From the IMG/VR virus record IMGVR_UViG_2822494597_000001: 64,000 bases of DNA. One strand, 5' to 3'. The notes beneath the pieces are model-generated. The model searched no databases, had not been told where the DNA came from, and saw only the letters and a program-made list of their open reading frames with translations. This document shows positions 54,115 through 63,868 of the stretch, one piece after another. The DNA is from a virus. A program made the position numbers and the translations under genes. Numbering within the stretch: position 1 is the stretch's first letter; each line of letters starts with the position of its first letter.

Positions 54115-54885
54115 ATGGCTATTACATTAGAGAAAAAAACTGAAATCGCAAAAATTGTATTAGAAAAGGTAAACCTTACAGGAGTCGTTGCTCAAGTTGT
54201 TTTTGTGCTCGATGGTTCTACTTCTATGACACATTTATATAAAAATAACACTGTACAAGACGTTACAGAATCCATCTTAGCTGTGGCTTTAAATATTGAT
54301 GATAACAATTCTATTGATGTTTATGGATTCGGTAAAAGCCACAGAAATATTGGCGATGTAAGTCGAGAAAACTACCGTAATTACATTCACGATGTTTTTC
54401 TGAGAAAGTTCGATTTAGAGCCTTATACTGCTTATGCAGGTGTTATGAACGAAATTGTAAACGAGTACGGAACAAAAACTACAACAAAAACTATCGAACA
54501 ACCTAAGAGCGGATTTTTATCAAAATTGTTAGGAAAAACAGAAGTTGTAAAAGTTGACAAAGAACAGGGACCTGTAAAACACCCGACTTTTGTAGTATTT
54601 ATTACAGATGGTGATAATTTCGATAAGCCAGAAGCAGAACGTATTATCCGTGAGTCTTCTGACCAACCTATCTTCTGGCAATTTGTTGGAATTGGTCAAG
54701 AAGGAAACTTTTCATTCCTTGAAAAATTAGATAATATGAGTGGTCGTGTAATTGACAACGCTAATTTTGTGCGATTTACCAAAGAAGAAATTAATAGCAT
54801 GTCTCAAGAAAAACTATATGAAAAACTTATGAACGAGTTCCCTCTTTGGATTAAAGAAGCGAAAGCTCACGGTTTCATTCAATAA
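54115..54885 (+). CDS. vWA domain protein, TerF-like
   Basis: VLDGSTSM MIDAS, FITDG, PIFWQFVGIG, GRVIDNANF. Confidence 0.85.
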   Translation: MAITLEKKTEIAKIVLEKVNLTGVVAQVVFVLDGSTSMTHLYKNNTVQDVTESILAVALNIDDNNSIDVYGFGKSHRNIGDVSRENYRNYIHDVFLRKFDLEPYTAYAGVMNEIVNEYGTKTTTKTIEQPKSGFLSKLLGKTEVVKVDKEQGPVKHPTFVVFITDGDNFDKPEAERIIRESSDQPIFWQFVGIGQEGNFSFLEKLDNMSGRVIDNANFVRFTKEEINSMSQEKLYEKLMNEFPLWIKEAKAHGFIQ

Positions 54886-54919
54886 TAGATAACAAATAGA
54901 AAAGCTCAATGACTTGTAA

Positions 54920-55657
54920 TCATTGAGCTTTTTCTTGTTCATTTAAATGACGTTTTAATCCTTCCAGTAATTCTTCTTTATTTTCTACTGTTACACCATC
55001 TATTTCTTTATAGCTAACCACATCTTCTCCCTCTTTTTTGAACTCTATATAAGTATAAAAATAGTATCTAAAATCTATTTCCCCTTCTTTTATCTCATAT
55101 GGCTTTACAGATATTTTTCCATTAAATTTAAAATGTGTATCATTTGCAGTTCTCTGACCTTTATACGCATATAAAATCCAGTCGTTATGTTCATAACCTT
55201 CAAGTTGTGCTAAGAATTCAGAGGACTCAACACTGGAATCTTTCCATTTCGTATAAATTCCCTTCCACATATCTTCTATTCTTTCCACTCTTTGATTCCA
55301 CAGTGATGCTGTGATAATTTGAATGTTCTTACCTTCAAACAAGAGCTCATCTAAATCAAAATATTCTCCATATATTCTTCTTTTATTTCCAACCAATGCA
55401 GGTTCTCCTTTTAAATCGCTAACCTTTTGTTGTTCTTCTAAGAATAAATGTTCAAATAACGCTACCTCATTTTTTTTACGCTTCAAAACACTCTTTGTTC
55501 TCTTGACTGCAAACTGCTCGTTTTCTAACATCTTCAATAAATCTGGTACTCCCTTTTCAACAAGAATTATTGCAGTCGTTTGAGCAACTTCTTTATCCCC
55601 TTTCAGCATCGCTTCGTCATATGCTTCTTTTAATTTTAAAATTTCTTGTATTTCCAT
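54920..55657 (-). CDS. Hypothetical protein
   Basis: 245 aa; GAGGTG RBS. Confidence 0.6.
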   Translation of the reverse strand: MEIQEILKLKEAYDEAMLKGDKEVAQTTAIILVEKGVPDLLKMLENEQFAVKRTKSVLKRKKNEVALFEHLFLEEQQKVSDLKGEPALVGNKRRIYGEYFDLDELLFEGKNIQIITASLWNQRVERIEDMWKGIYTKWKDSSVESSEFLAQLEGYEHNDWILYAYKGQRTANDTHFKFNGKISVKPYEIKEGEIDFRYYFYTYIEFKKEGEDVVSYKEIDGVTVENKEELLEGLKRHLNEQEKAQ

Positions 55658-55701
55658 TGTTACACCTCGTAAACTATTTTTTACTATTTAATATTATATC
55701 A

Positions 55702-55730
55702 TTGACTTTAGTTAATAACAAATGTAATAT
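55702..55730 (+). promoter_or_regulatory. Thg1-operon promoter with TTGACT box
   Basis: TTGACTTTAGTTAA; TG-TAATAT at 17-nt spacing. Confidence 0.72.
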
Positions 55731-55799
55731 TGATTATAGATTTTAAAGAAAAAAGTAAATGAAAAGACATATAAATTAAAATTTTCAGGAGATGTAATT

Positions 55800-56861
55800 A
55801 TGAGTTCAAACAAATTAGGTGCTCGAATGAAAGAGTACGAAAATAAAACAAAGTTAACAAAAAGAAGTCCCGTAATTATTCGTATTGACGGTACACACTT
55901 TCATACATATACAAAAAAGATGAAAAAGCCGTTTGATGAGACACTTGCTAAAGCTTTCTGGGAAACAGCTAAATACCTCGCTCAAAATATTATGGGTTGT
56001 AAAATGGTTTACCACCAAAGCGATGAAATTTCATTACTATTAACAAACTACGATAAAGTAACAACACAATCTTGGTTCGGTAATGACTTACAGAAGATGG
56101 TTTCTGTATCCGCTTCTATGGCCACTGCAAAATTTAATGAGATTATGTTCCCTATTACAGGAACACTTGCATTTTTTGACAGTAGAGCATTTGTATTACC
56201 GAAAGAAGAAGTGACGAACTATTTCTTATGGAGACAACAAGACGCTACGAAAAACAGTATTGCGATGGTTGCTCAAGCAAACTTTAAACACAAAGAATTA
56301 CAAGGATATAACGGTTCTCAGTTACAAGAAAAACTATTTACAGAGAAGAACATTAACTGGAACAACCTCCCTATTTGGCAAAAACGAGGTGTATGTATTA
56401 CGAAACAATCCTATTTAAAAGGTACTGCTACAAGAACAAAATGGGATGTAGACTTTAACACACCTCAGTTCTCTAAAGATAGAGATTATATTGACCAACA
56501 TGTCTTCAGTGAATTTGAAATGATTTCAAGAAAAGTTGAGCTGAATCTTCCAAAAGAACAAATTCAATCTTTATTGAGTAAATACTATGATTCTAAAATT
56601 TTGATTCCGTCTTGCCGTAACATAAGTGAAAAAGAGAGAATTGAAAATAGTCATTACCACGAATTATGGTCAATAACTGAAACCATTTTCGATGCTTTTA
56701 AAGAACATTCTATCCAAACTCTATCAGACTTTGCTGTTGTTCTTCGATATGTCTTTATCCAAACTTTCGGAGATACAGTGGAAATTAATTTAGATGTTTA
56801 TATGGATGTTTCAAAAAATTTAATTAAAAAATCAAAGCACTACGATTCGATTGTAGCGTAG
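55800..56861 (+). CDS. Thg1-like protein (tRNA-His guanylyltransferase / 3'-5' polymerase) with C-terminal extension
   Basis: RMKEYE, IRIDGTHFH, QSDEISL, FDSRAF, WRQQDATKNS, WQKRG. Confidence 0.93.
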   Translation: MSSNKLGARMKEYENKTKLTKRSPVIIRIDGTHFHTYTKKMKKPFDETLAKAFWETAKYLAQNIMGCKMVYHQSDEISLLLTNYDKVTTQSWFGNDLQKMVSVSASMATAKFNEIMFPITGTLAFFDSRAFVLPKEEVTNYFLWRQQDATKNSIAMVAQANFKHKELQGYNGSQLQEKLFTEKNINWNNLPIWQKRGVCITKQSYLKGTATRTKWDVDFNTPQFSKDRDYIDQHVFSEFEMISRKVELNLPKEQIQSLLSKYYDSKILIPSCRNISEKERIENSHYHELWSITETIFDAFKEHSIQTLSDFAVVLRYVFIQTFGDTVEINLDVYMDVSKNLIKKSKHYDSIVA

Positions 56862-56881
56862 GCTAACTACTATATAAGGAG

Positions 56882-57103
56882 TTGCATATAAACATGCTTA
56901 CACTCATCCATAAAATGATTGAAAATCCCCGCCTATTTGTGGTGGGGGCTTTATCTATAGCACTTCTTTTATCACTACTTCCTACTTCTAAGGGTAACTA
57001 TAGAGGAACAATTCGTTTCCCTCCTCCCACAAAAGAAATGCAGGATGAATTTGATATGTTTTTAGGGATTAACAAAGAAGTTTCTCCATCTAAAGATGCT
57101 TAA
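56882..57103 (+). CDS. Small single-TM protein
   Basis: TTG start, AAGGAG RBS. Confidence 0.5.
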   Translation: MHINMLTLIHKMIENPRLFVVGALSIALLLSLLPTSKGNYRGTIRFPPPTKEMQDEFDMFLGINKEVSPSKDA

Positions 57104-57167
57104 ATTGTAGCTATTGGAAAGTTGCCAAGGTTAAAAATACATAAAATCAGAAATGAGTGAGTAATAA

Positions 57168-57461
57168 ATGGAAATGAAACACTTAGTTGAAATCAAGAGA
57201 AATAACTATTTGCTCTTCCATCCTGGAGAAGATACAGAAGTCATTCCATTTGTTTCGAAAGATGACGAACAAGAGGTTTTAGATTCACTTTTAAAGGACT
57301 CCTATTTGTTTAATGGTTATGTCGTTAAGGCATCTCTTATTTATGGTAATGAGTATGCTGTCGTTGATACAGAGAAAAACACTACATTGGGTGAGCTACA
57401 AATTACGCCTATATTCGAACACTTAGGAAGATATTTCAAATTAGAAGAAATCGAAATTTGA
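57168..57461 (+). CDS. Hypothetical protein
   Basis: 97 aa ORF in operon. Confidence 0.55.
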   Translation: MEMKHLVEIKRNNYLLFHPGEDTEVIPFVSKDDEQEVLDSLLKDSYLFNGYVVKASLIYGNEYAVVDTEKNTTLGELQITPIFEHLGRYFKLEEIEI

Positions 57462-57468
57462 CATAAGG

Positions 57469-57717
57469 ATGAATCATATTATGACTGAAAAAGAACGTTT
57501 ATTAGCAAAGAGCGATGGTGTCAAAGATTGTGTAAAGCACTTGAAAAAGAAGATTAAAGCAGAACAAAGATTATTAAAACAGGAAGAAGAAAAAGATTTT
57601 TTTGCTAATGAATTCCAGATTGCAAGACACAGAGAAACAATTCGGGTTTTGACTGAGGAAAAAATCAGCTTAGAAAAGTACGCCAAAAAATTAAAGCATT
57701 TAGCAAATGAATGCTGA
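57469..57717 (+). CDS. Hypothetical coiled-coil protein
   Basis: 82 aa ORF in operon. Confidence 0.55.
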   Translation: MNHIMTEKERLLAKSDGVKDCVKHLKKKIKAEQRLLKQEEEKDFFANEFQIARHRETIRVLTEEKISLEKYAKKLKHLANEC

Positions 57718-57979
57718 AAGGATACGATACAACATGGATTTAAAAGAAGAGTTACTATTTATGGGATTCTTAGGTGCAACTGTCAATGATGAAGTAGATG
57801 ATGAAATTTATGTAATGGTACGTTTTAAATATCATTATCCTACCAAAGGAAATAAAATCTTCCATGATGGAAAGAAAGAATTTTCAAAAGCGACAACACC
57901 TGAACAAATGTTTAAAGAAATTATTCAATGGGCAAAGAATTGCCCCGCAAATCATGGATTTGAAATTATCTTTTGGTAA
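57707..57979 (+). CDS. Hypothetical protein
   Basis: Overlaps the upstream stop. Confidence 0.55.
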   Translation: MNAERIRYNMDLKEELLFMGFLGATVNDEVDDEIYVMVRFKYHYPTKGNKIFHDGKKEFSKATTPEQMFKEIIQWAKNCPANHGFEIIFW

Positions 57980-57985
57980 AAGGTC

Positions 57986-58336
57986 GTGATGAATATGTTT
58001 ATAGGAGCTCTACTAAAACAACGCATGTCTTCTCTTGGGTACGACATGAATCGTTTATCTGAAGAATCTACGGTGGATGTTCATGTTATAAATGGGTTAT
58101 TAAATAATGCACTATCAATGAAACAAGTACATGAAGTAGATATGGACTATATTTGTCAGGTTCTCATGTGTGAGCCAGTTTATTTTACAGATACAAACGT
58201 TAGAAAGCAGGATATGGTTTATAACTCCCCTACACAGGAAGTTAAATCAAACAGAGCAAAAGCTAATTTGATGTCCTTTGCAAATGATTTTACATTTATC
58301 ATGGAACTTTCAAGGGAATCTAAATCTACTAACTAA
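57986..58336 (+). CDS. Possible XRE/Cro-type helix-turn-helix protein
   Basis: LLKQRMSSLGYDMNRLSEESTVDVHVINGLLN...ICQVLMCEP spacing. Confidence 0.4.
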   Translation: MMNMFIGALLKQRMSSLGYDMNRLSEESTVDVHVINGLLNNALSMKQVHEVDMDYICQVLMCEPVYFTDTNVRKQDMVYNSPTQEVKSNRAKANLMSFANDFTFIMELSRESKSTN

Positions 58337-58360
58337 AATTATTAATAATAGGTGATATAC

Positions 58361-58807
58361 ATGAATCTTATTTTCTTAGATATTGATGGTGTTATGAATC
58401 ATTCAAATTATTTTGTAAGAAGCAAACAGCATATGCTACAGGCATTTTGTCCAAAAGCATTAGTAAACCTAAAAGAAATACTTGAAAAGTGCGATGCGAA
58501 AATAGTAGTTACTTCTACTTGGAGAAAACTCGGTTCTGCAAACACACTTAAGAAGTCTATCTTCTCTCATTATGGCTTACAAAAATACGTTATAGGTAGA
58601 ACGCCTATATTAATAAATGAGCCAAGAGGAGCAGAAATACAGGCATTTATCGACAATTTCAATAAACCTATTGATAGATTTATTATTATAGATGATGACG
58701 ATGACATGCTACATTTATCAGATAGACTTGTTCTAACAAGCCCTTATAAAGATGGATTAAATGAAAGAAAACGAGATGAAGCAATTCAACTATTAAACAA
58801 ATTTTAA
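58361..58807 (+). CDS. HAD-superfamily phosphatase, Swiss-Army-Knife RNA-repair type
   Basis: FLDIDGVMN, IVVTSTWR, GRTP, RGAEI, IIIDD. Confidence 0.8.
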   Translation: MNLIFLDIDGVMNHSNYFVRSKQHMLQAFCPKALVNLKEILEKCDAKIVVTSTWRKLGSANTLKKSIFSHYGLQKYVIGRTPILINEPRGAEIQAFIDNFNKPIDRFIIIDDDDDMLHLSDRLVLTSPYKDGLNERKRDEAIQLLNKF

Positions 58808-58916
58808 GCAACAAGGCACATCAATTATGATATTATATTTATACAGGGTATAACCTTTCCTTGTGTAACTGCTACCGCAAGGTGGATGGTTGCTAAAAAA
58901 GTTTATTTTTTCTTAG

Positions 58917-58957
58917 AACCGCCCTTCAAACGCTTGCTGGCATTGTGGGCGGTTTTT
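58917..58957 (+). terminator. Intrinsic terminator
   Basis: AACCGCCC...GGGCGGTT-TTT. Confidence 0.65.
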
Positions 58958-59839
58958 ATCTTTTTTGATGATAATAAATACTTATTTGGTAGACTAATTA
59001 TGACAACCCCTTATGAAGATGGATTAAACGAAAGAAAATGAGATAAAGAAATCCAATACCTAAACAATTCTCATTCTAAATAAAAACAATGATTAAACGG
59101 CATCCTTGTTTTTTGGTTCGCCGTTTTCATTATCTTTAAGTTTTTTGACAAAAATAAAAATCATTATGATTCCAATTACAGTAGATTTTACGAGTAAAAG
59201 AATAGACAAAAATAAAATAAGATTGATGAATAAGTTTAATGTAAGTATAACCTTTATATTATTCAAAGAAACACCCCCTCTAAATAAAAGTATTCGATAT
59301 TACCTATATAGTAGTTGAGTATTCAAGCATTTATAACAAAACAAAAAAGCAAGAGGTGTCTCACCCATTGCTTTTAATTACATATCTCTTATAAGTTGTT
59401 ATGGTATTTATGAACTTGTTTTGCAAGTCTTTTTAATTGAATAAGTTGCGGTTTGCTTAACTCCCCTTTTCTCACCAAAGTCTTCTGAAATCCTTCAATG
59501 AATTCATACCCATTACAATTTTTCTAAAACTTATCAATCTCAATTAGTTTTAGTGCATTCACTAATTCTGTTTCATCTTCAAACATTTCGTTCCATTTTA
59601 CTTTTCCAAAATAAAAATCATTATGATTTACTTGTTTCATAATCCCTACTCCTTTATATCAATTTAGAAACTTCTTATCTATCATTCAACTATATTAATT
59701 ATTTATAGCTCTGTAATCCAATAAATATCCCACTTCTTCGTTTTCGCATAATCATCACATTCTTTTTCCGTATCGAAATTTGTATAATACTTAATTCCAT
59801 TTATATATCTATAAACTTGAAACATGTTAATACCTCCAT

Positions 59840-60157
59840 TTAAGACAAATATTTTTCCTTTGTTATTCTCAAAATTCCATTTTCAAATCGTTTATAAATA
59901 TAATACTGGTCATTTTCTGTTAATAAATCGTGTAAAAACTTCCCTGGTTCACATTCAGATGGTTTAAAAAACTCATCAGTTTTATGCATTACTCCTACAT
60001 TTCTCTCATAATATCGAAAAACCCATTTGTGAGAACCAAAAAAATCCATCTCATCTACCTTATCTGGCTTCCCAAACCAAAAACTATCCGCAGAATCTAA
60101 ATGCTCCTTATAGTTACTTCCTCGCATTACAGATTGATATTCTTGTACACTCAACAT
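59840..60157 (-). CDS. Hypothetical protein
   Basis: 105 aa, behind repeated leader. Confidence 0.6.
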   Translation of the reverse strand: MLSVQEYQSVMRGSNYKEHLDSADSFWFGKPDKVDEMDFFGSHKWVFRYYERNVGVMHKTDEFFKPSECEPGKFLHDLLTENDQYYIYKRFENGILRITKEKYLS

Positions 60158-60308
60158 TTTTAAACAGTCCCTTCTTTTTTAGTGAATTTTTAAAATACCT
60201 GTTTATAGTTATCTTTATATTATAGAAAATAGGTGCATTCATTATAAATATAAAAAATAAAAAAAGAACGTACCTTATAGGCAACGTTCTTTCATCTGTT
60301 TATCTATA

Positions 60309-60824
60309 TTAGAAATATAGAAATTGTTCTCTTAATGCATCTGTAATTTTCAAATCAAAACTACCGACACATCCTAAAATATTTTCAACATCAGAAGGTG
60401 TATACATAGATAATGTACAACCCATTAACGGAAAGGTCAAAATATCTTTACCTATTTCTGCTAATCTTTCAAATACACTTTCTTGTAAATAATGTGATAG
60501 ACCACATCCATGACTATATTCCACTAAACCATCTACATAATCGTATGGAATAAGCATAGAATATTCTCCAGTTTCTCTAATCTTTTTAGCTTCTTCATTA
60601 AATTTATCAATAGCATAAGATAATTCACGAGTTACATCTCTCACTTCTTTCGTTTCCATAGAAAGATAAAAGAATCGAGTTTTAATTGCTCCAACTACTT
60701 TCATTGAATTAATACACCCTACTAAATATCCTGGTTCTATGTTTAAATCATTCAATGACTGATTATCGTTTCCTTTAGTATTTAAACCGAATCTAATTGA
60801 TTTATTTTCATTTACTTGTGTCAT
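60309..60824 (-). CDS. Hypothetical protein
   Basis: AAGGTGG RBS in repeated leader. Confidence 0.6.
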   Translation of the reverse strand: MTQVNENKSIRFGLNTKGNDNQSLNDLNIEPGYLVGCINSMKVVGAIKTRFFYLSMETKEVRDVTRELSYAIDKFNEEAKKIRETGEYSMLIPYDYVDGLVEYSHGCGLSHYLQESVFERLAEIGKDILTFPLMGCTLSMYTPSDVENILGCVGSFDLKITDALREQFLYF

Positions 60825-60880
60825 TACAATTCCACCTTTTAATTAATTTTATAAAACACCTATTTATACCAAACTATAAT

Positions 60881-61129
60881 TTAATACTTATAAACTGTTA
60901 TGCCACTTTCTAAGACAATGTGTTTTGATTCCTTTAATAGAGTTGTTTTTTCAAACAGCATTTTAATATACTTAGCTGGTTGTAAATCATCGTGTAACCA
61001 ATAGAAAAACGTTTCATATGAAGGGAAAATTCGAACATTATCCTTTTCAATTTCTCTTTTTAACGTTTCCATATTTACATCAAATTTATTTGCTACAATT
61101 TTCATTTCTTTTTCACTAAGCTCTAACAT
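60881..61129 (-). CDS. Hypothetical protein, tandem paralog 2
   Basis: MLEL...IFPSYExFFYWLHDDL shared with 61187-61435. Confidence 0.7.
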   Translation of the reverse strand: MLELSEKEMKIVANKFDVNMETLKREIEKDNVRIFPSYETFFYWLHDDLQPAKYIKMLFEKTTLLKESKHIVLESGITVYKY

Positions 61130-61186
61130 TTCAATTCCACCTTTTAATGATTTTTGTAAAACACCTATTTATAGCTGAACTATTAT

Positions 61187-61435
61187 TTAACGCACATAAA
61201 CTGTTGTACCAGTTTCTAAAATAAGAAATTCTGCTTCATCTACTAATGTCTTTTTCTCAAATAGCATTTTAAGACACTGTTGCAGTTCTAAATCATCGTG
61301 TAACCAATAGAAAAACGCTTCATAAGAGGGGAAAATTTGAATATCTTCCTTTTTAATATCCTCTTTCAAACTTTCTACAGTCCTTTTTAATTCATTTGCT
61401 ACCATTTGTAATTCCTGTTCAGTAAGTTCTAACAT
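61187..61435 (-). CDS. Hypothetical protein, tandem paralog 1
   Basis: Paralog of 60881-61129. Confidence 0.7.
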   Translation of the reverse strand: MLELTEQELQMVANELKRTVESLKEDIKKEDIQIFPSYEAFFYWLHDDLELQQCLKMLFEKKTLVDEAEFLILETGTTVYVR

Positions 61436-61546
61436 CTTAACTCCACCTTTTTAATGAATTTTATAAAATACCTGTTTATATTTATCTTTATATAATAGAT
61501 ATCATTGGCTCCACATATTCTATGGAACATAAAAAAAGAACCGCTT

Positions 61547-61765
61547 TTAAGCAGTTCTTCTTTTCTTCCAATCTCTAAACGGTGTTACGACATCAGTAAT
61601 CGTTTCATTTGAGATGTGTTCATTTTGGGATTTAACAATTAATGACCCATCTACATGAATTTCAACTTTATCATACAAACCGATTTTATCCATCAAATGC
61701 GGTTTCTTATGAATTTCCTTCATTACATCTTGTTTCCATTTGTTAATCATACTTTTAAAACTCAT
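61547..61765 (-). CDS. Hypothetical protein
   Basis: 72 aa with RBS. Confidence 0.55.
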   Translation of the reverse strand: MSFKSMINKWKQDVMKEIHKKPHLMDKIGLYDKVEIHVDGSLIVKSQNEHISNETITDVVTPFRDWKKRRTA

Positions 61766-61897
61766 TTTAAAATACCTACCTTTTTAATAAATTTTACAAA
61801 ATGCCTATTTATAGTTATCTATACATTATAGATATTTAAGACTATTTCATTCTGCATCCAAGAAAAAAGAATCGTCAGAAACGATTCTCGAAATGAA

Positions 61898-62428
61898 TTA
61901 ATTTCCATCAACTTCAACTTTGAAATAAGGTTTATTTCCCTTTAACGCTTGCAAGTCTTCTTCTAACACTTGAACAATTTGTAATAACATTTCTTTTGTT
62001 GTGTCTTTACACATATCACTTTCCGTAAACTCCTTAAAATATCTAATAATTACTTGGATATCCTCAGGCTCAATGAAACAATCTCCACTGTTCAATACCC
62101 CAAAAAAGATTGAAACTTTATCATCATATAGGAGAGCATTATCTTTACAAGTAAAAATCTTTAAATTTCGTGAAGAATACTCTTCTTCATCCTTCATATA
62201 GCTTTCTTTATGGAATTCATCAAACATACCAAGAGCCATCTCACCATCCCCGTCTTCACGGTCATCAGCTACTTCTGAAAGATGCTCTAACACATTAGCC
62301 ATTGTACTTAATTCATCGCCTGTTTCAAACACAATCACTTTTGGTACTCGTGCCATAATCATAACTGTATTTCTTTTTGCTTCTAACATCACTTCATGTT
62401 CCTTATTTGTAAAATCATAGACTAACAT
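61898..62428 (-). CDS. Acidic hypothetical protein
   Basis: AGGAG RBS, 176 aa. Confidence 0.6.
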   Translation of the reverse strand: MLVYDFTNKEHEVMLEAKRNTVMIMARVPKVIVFETGDELSTMANVLEHLSEVADDREDGDGEMALGMFDEFHKESYMKDEEEYSSRNLKIFTCKDNALLYDDKVSIFFGVLNSGDCFIEPEDIQVIIRYFKEFTESDMCKDTTKEMLLQIVQVLEEDLQALKGNKPYFKVEVDGN

Positions 62429-62438
62429 TTTATCACTC

Positions 62439-62729
62439 CTAAATTTTTAGTTTTGCTGTAAATGGTTTGTTATCAAAGTCTTTCATATCCCCTCTGCTAC
62501 GTTTCCCACATTTTTCGCAAGTAAAAGGATATAATGGACCAAGCCCCCAACCACCCGTACCATGACAAACCCATTCATGCCCTTGTTTCTTACATGAACA
62601 CCTCCACGGAAACTTTACAATCATTACAACTGTAGTAGATACAAACTCCCACGCATATCCAAGAATAAATGCAACTAATAAATAGAGCAGAATTCCAAGA
62701 CCTTTTATTACATTTATAATAACTTGCAT
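62439..62729 (-). CDS. Membrane-anchored Cys/His-rich small protein
   Basis: TM helix then CSC..GHEWVC...CEKCG. Confidence 0.55.
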   Translation of the reverse strand: MQVIINVIKGLGILLYLLVAFILGYAWEFVSTTVVMIVKFPWRCSCKKQGHEWVCHGTGGWGLGPLYPFTCEKCGKRSRGDMKDFDNKPFTAKLKI

Positions 62730-62778
62730 TTAATTAACACCTTCTCATCAAACCTATAATCCTTATATATAAAACAAA

Positions 62779-63045
62779 TTATTTATCATATACAATAAAG
62801 AATTTTTCCGTTTTAGCCTCGTCATAATCTATGAAGCTACCTCTGATAAAATCTAAAAACTTATCATCAACTGCTCCAAATCGTTTAATCGTTACTTCAA
62901 CATATAATCCTTCAATATTCAATTGTTTGGATTCAACACCATCTTTTTTCATTCGTTCATAAAATTCTTGTTCCTCGTATCTTTCCTCAAAGTACATGGC
63001 CGCATACTCGTCACCCTTGACATGTAAGCAAATTAAACCTGACAT
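62779..63045 (-). CDS. Hypothetical protein, triplet paralog 3
   Basis: LxVxGxxxA...FEE.Y....FY..M.K.G pattern shared by three genes. Confidence 0.65.
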   Translation of the reverse strand: MSGLICLHVKGDEYAAMYFEERYEEQEFYERMKKDGVESKQLNIEGLYVEVTIKRFGAVDDKFLDFIRGSFIDYDEAKTEKFFIVYDK

Positions 63046-63095
63046 ATTAACTCCTACTTTCATTTTAATCTTTTTGAAACACTATTGTTTTTGTT

Positions 63096-63383
63096 TCACA
63101 TTTCCTCTTCTTTGACAATATAAAGATTCCTATCATCAGCAGAGTTATGAATAAAATTAAATTTTAGAAATTCAAGGAATACCTCATCTACATTAATGAA
63201 CTCCTTAATTTCCAATTCCACACAAACCTCTGTTTCATCACAATCATCTTTTACATTTAGATTTTTAGAGGTAATTCCTTCTTTTATCATTTGTTTATAA
63301 AAATCTTCAGGATTGTGTTGTTCCTCAAATTTTTGATTAGCAAAATAATCTCCAGTTATATATAGACAAACTATTTTCTTCAA
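63096..63383 (-). CDS. Hypothetical protein, triplet paralog 2
   Basis: Same pattern. Confidence 0.65.
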   Translation of the reverse strand: MKKIVCLYITGDYFANQKFEEQHNPEDFYKQMIKEGITSKNLNVKDDCDETEVCVELEIKEFINVDEVFLEFLKFNFIHNSADDRNLYIVKEEEM

Positions 63384-63448
63384 ACCTATCCCATCTCTCT
63401 CTTATTGATTACACCACAAATTAATATGACTTTTCACAGGTAATAAGA

Positions 63449-63820
63449 CTACATTCTCGTAGCAGTTTTATTTCCTAATCCCATCTCTTTTATTAAACCT
63501 GATACTTCTGTACTTCTAACTTCAGTAACATCAATTTTCTGCTCCACATCTATGCCTTTTACCTCGTAAATGTTTACATCCTTTGCATGTTCACAATCCA
63601 TCAGTTCCTTCTTTACCAGTTCGATAAATAAAGGACTAATATAAGGGAATTCATGAATAGAAACCACAATGGTAGTTCCCTCTTCGTGCAGATATTCCTT
63701 TTTGGTAATTCCGATATCGACCATTTGCTCATAAAATTCTTGAGGGTTATAGTCCTCTTCAAAACGACAAGAAGCAAATTCTCCTCCATTTACTAATAAC
63801 AAGACTGTTTTACTCATCAT
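63449..63820 (-). CDS. Hypothetical protein, triplet paralog 1
   Basis: Same pattern plus C-terminal tail. Confidence 0.65.
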   Translation of the reverse strand: MMSKTVLLLVNGGEFASCRFEEDYNPQEFYEQMVDIGITKKEYLHEEGTTIVVSIHEFPYISPLFIELVKKELMDCEHAKDVNIYEVKGIDVEQKIDVTEVRSTEVSGLIKEMGLGNKTATRM

Positions 63821-63868
63821 TTATCATCTCCACATAAGATTAACTATGGAATAATTGTACTTTTTACA

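Larger units (their letters stand above)
60191..61833 (-). repeat. Five copies of a conserved 5' leader (minus strand TATAAAYAGGYRTTTT) ahead of small genes
   Basis: Copies at about 60191, 60852, 61157, 61464 and 61797; a related copy at 53943. Confidence 0.7.

Noticed and set aside
59050-59700. Small ORFs and a 22-bp duplication (CAAAATAAAAATCATTATGATT near 59150 and 59610)
   Set aside because: Looks like decayed local duplication; the ORFs are short or out of frame with each other and cannot be supported
156-62201. Short opposite-strand ORFs nested in long genes (e.g. 5774-6160, 23871-24164, 49058-49348, 51558-51896)
   Set aside because: Antisense shadows of real genes; no RBS or motifs
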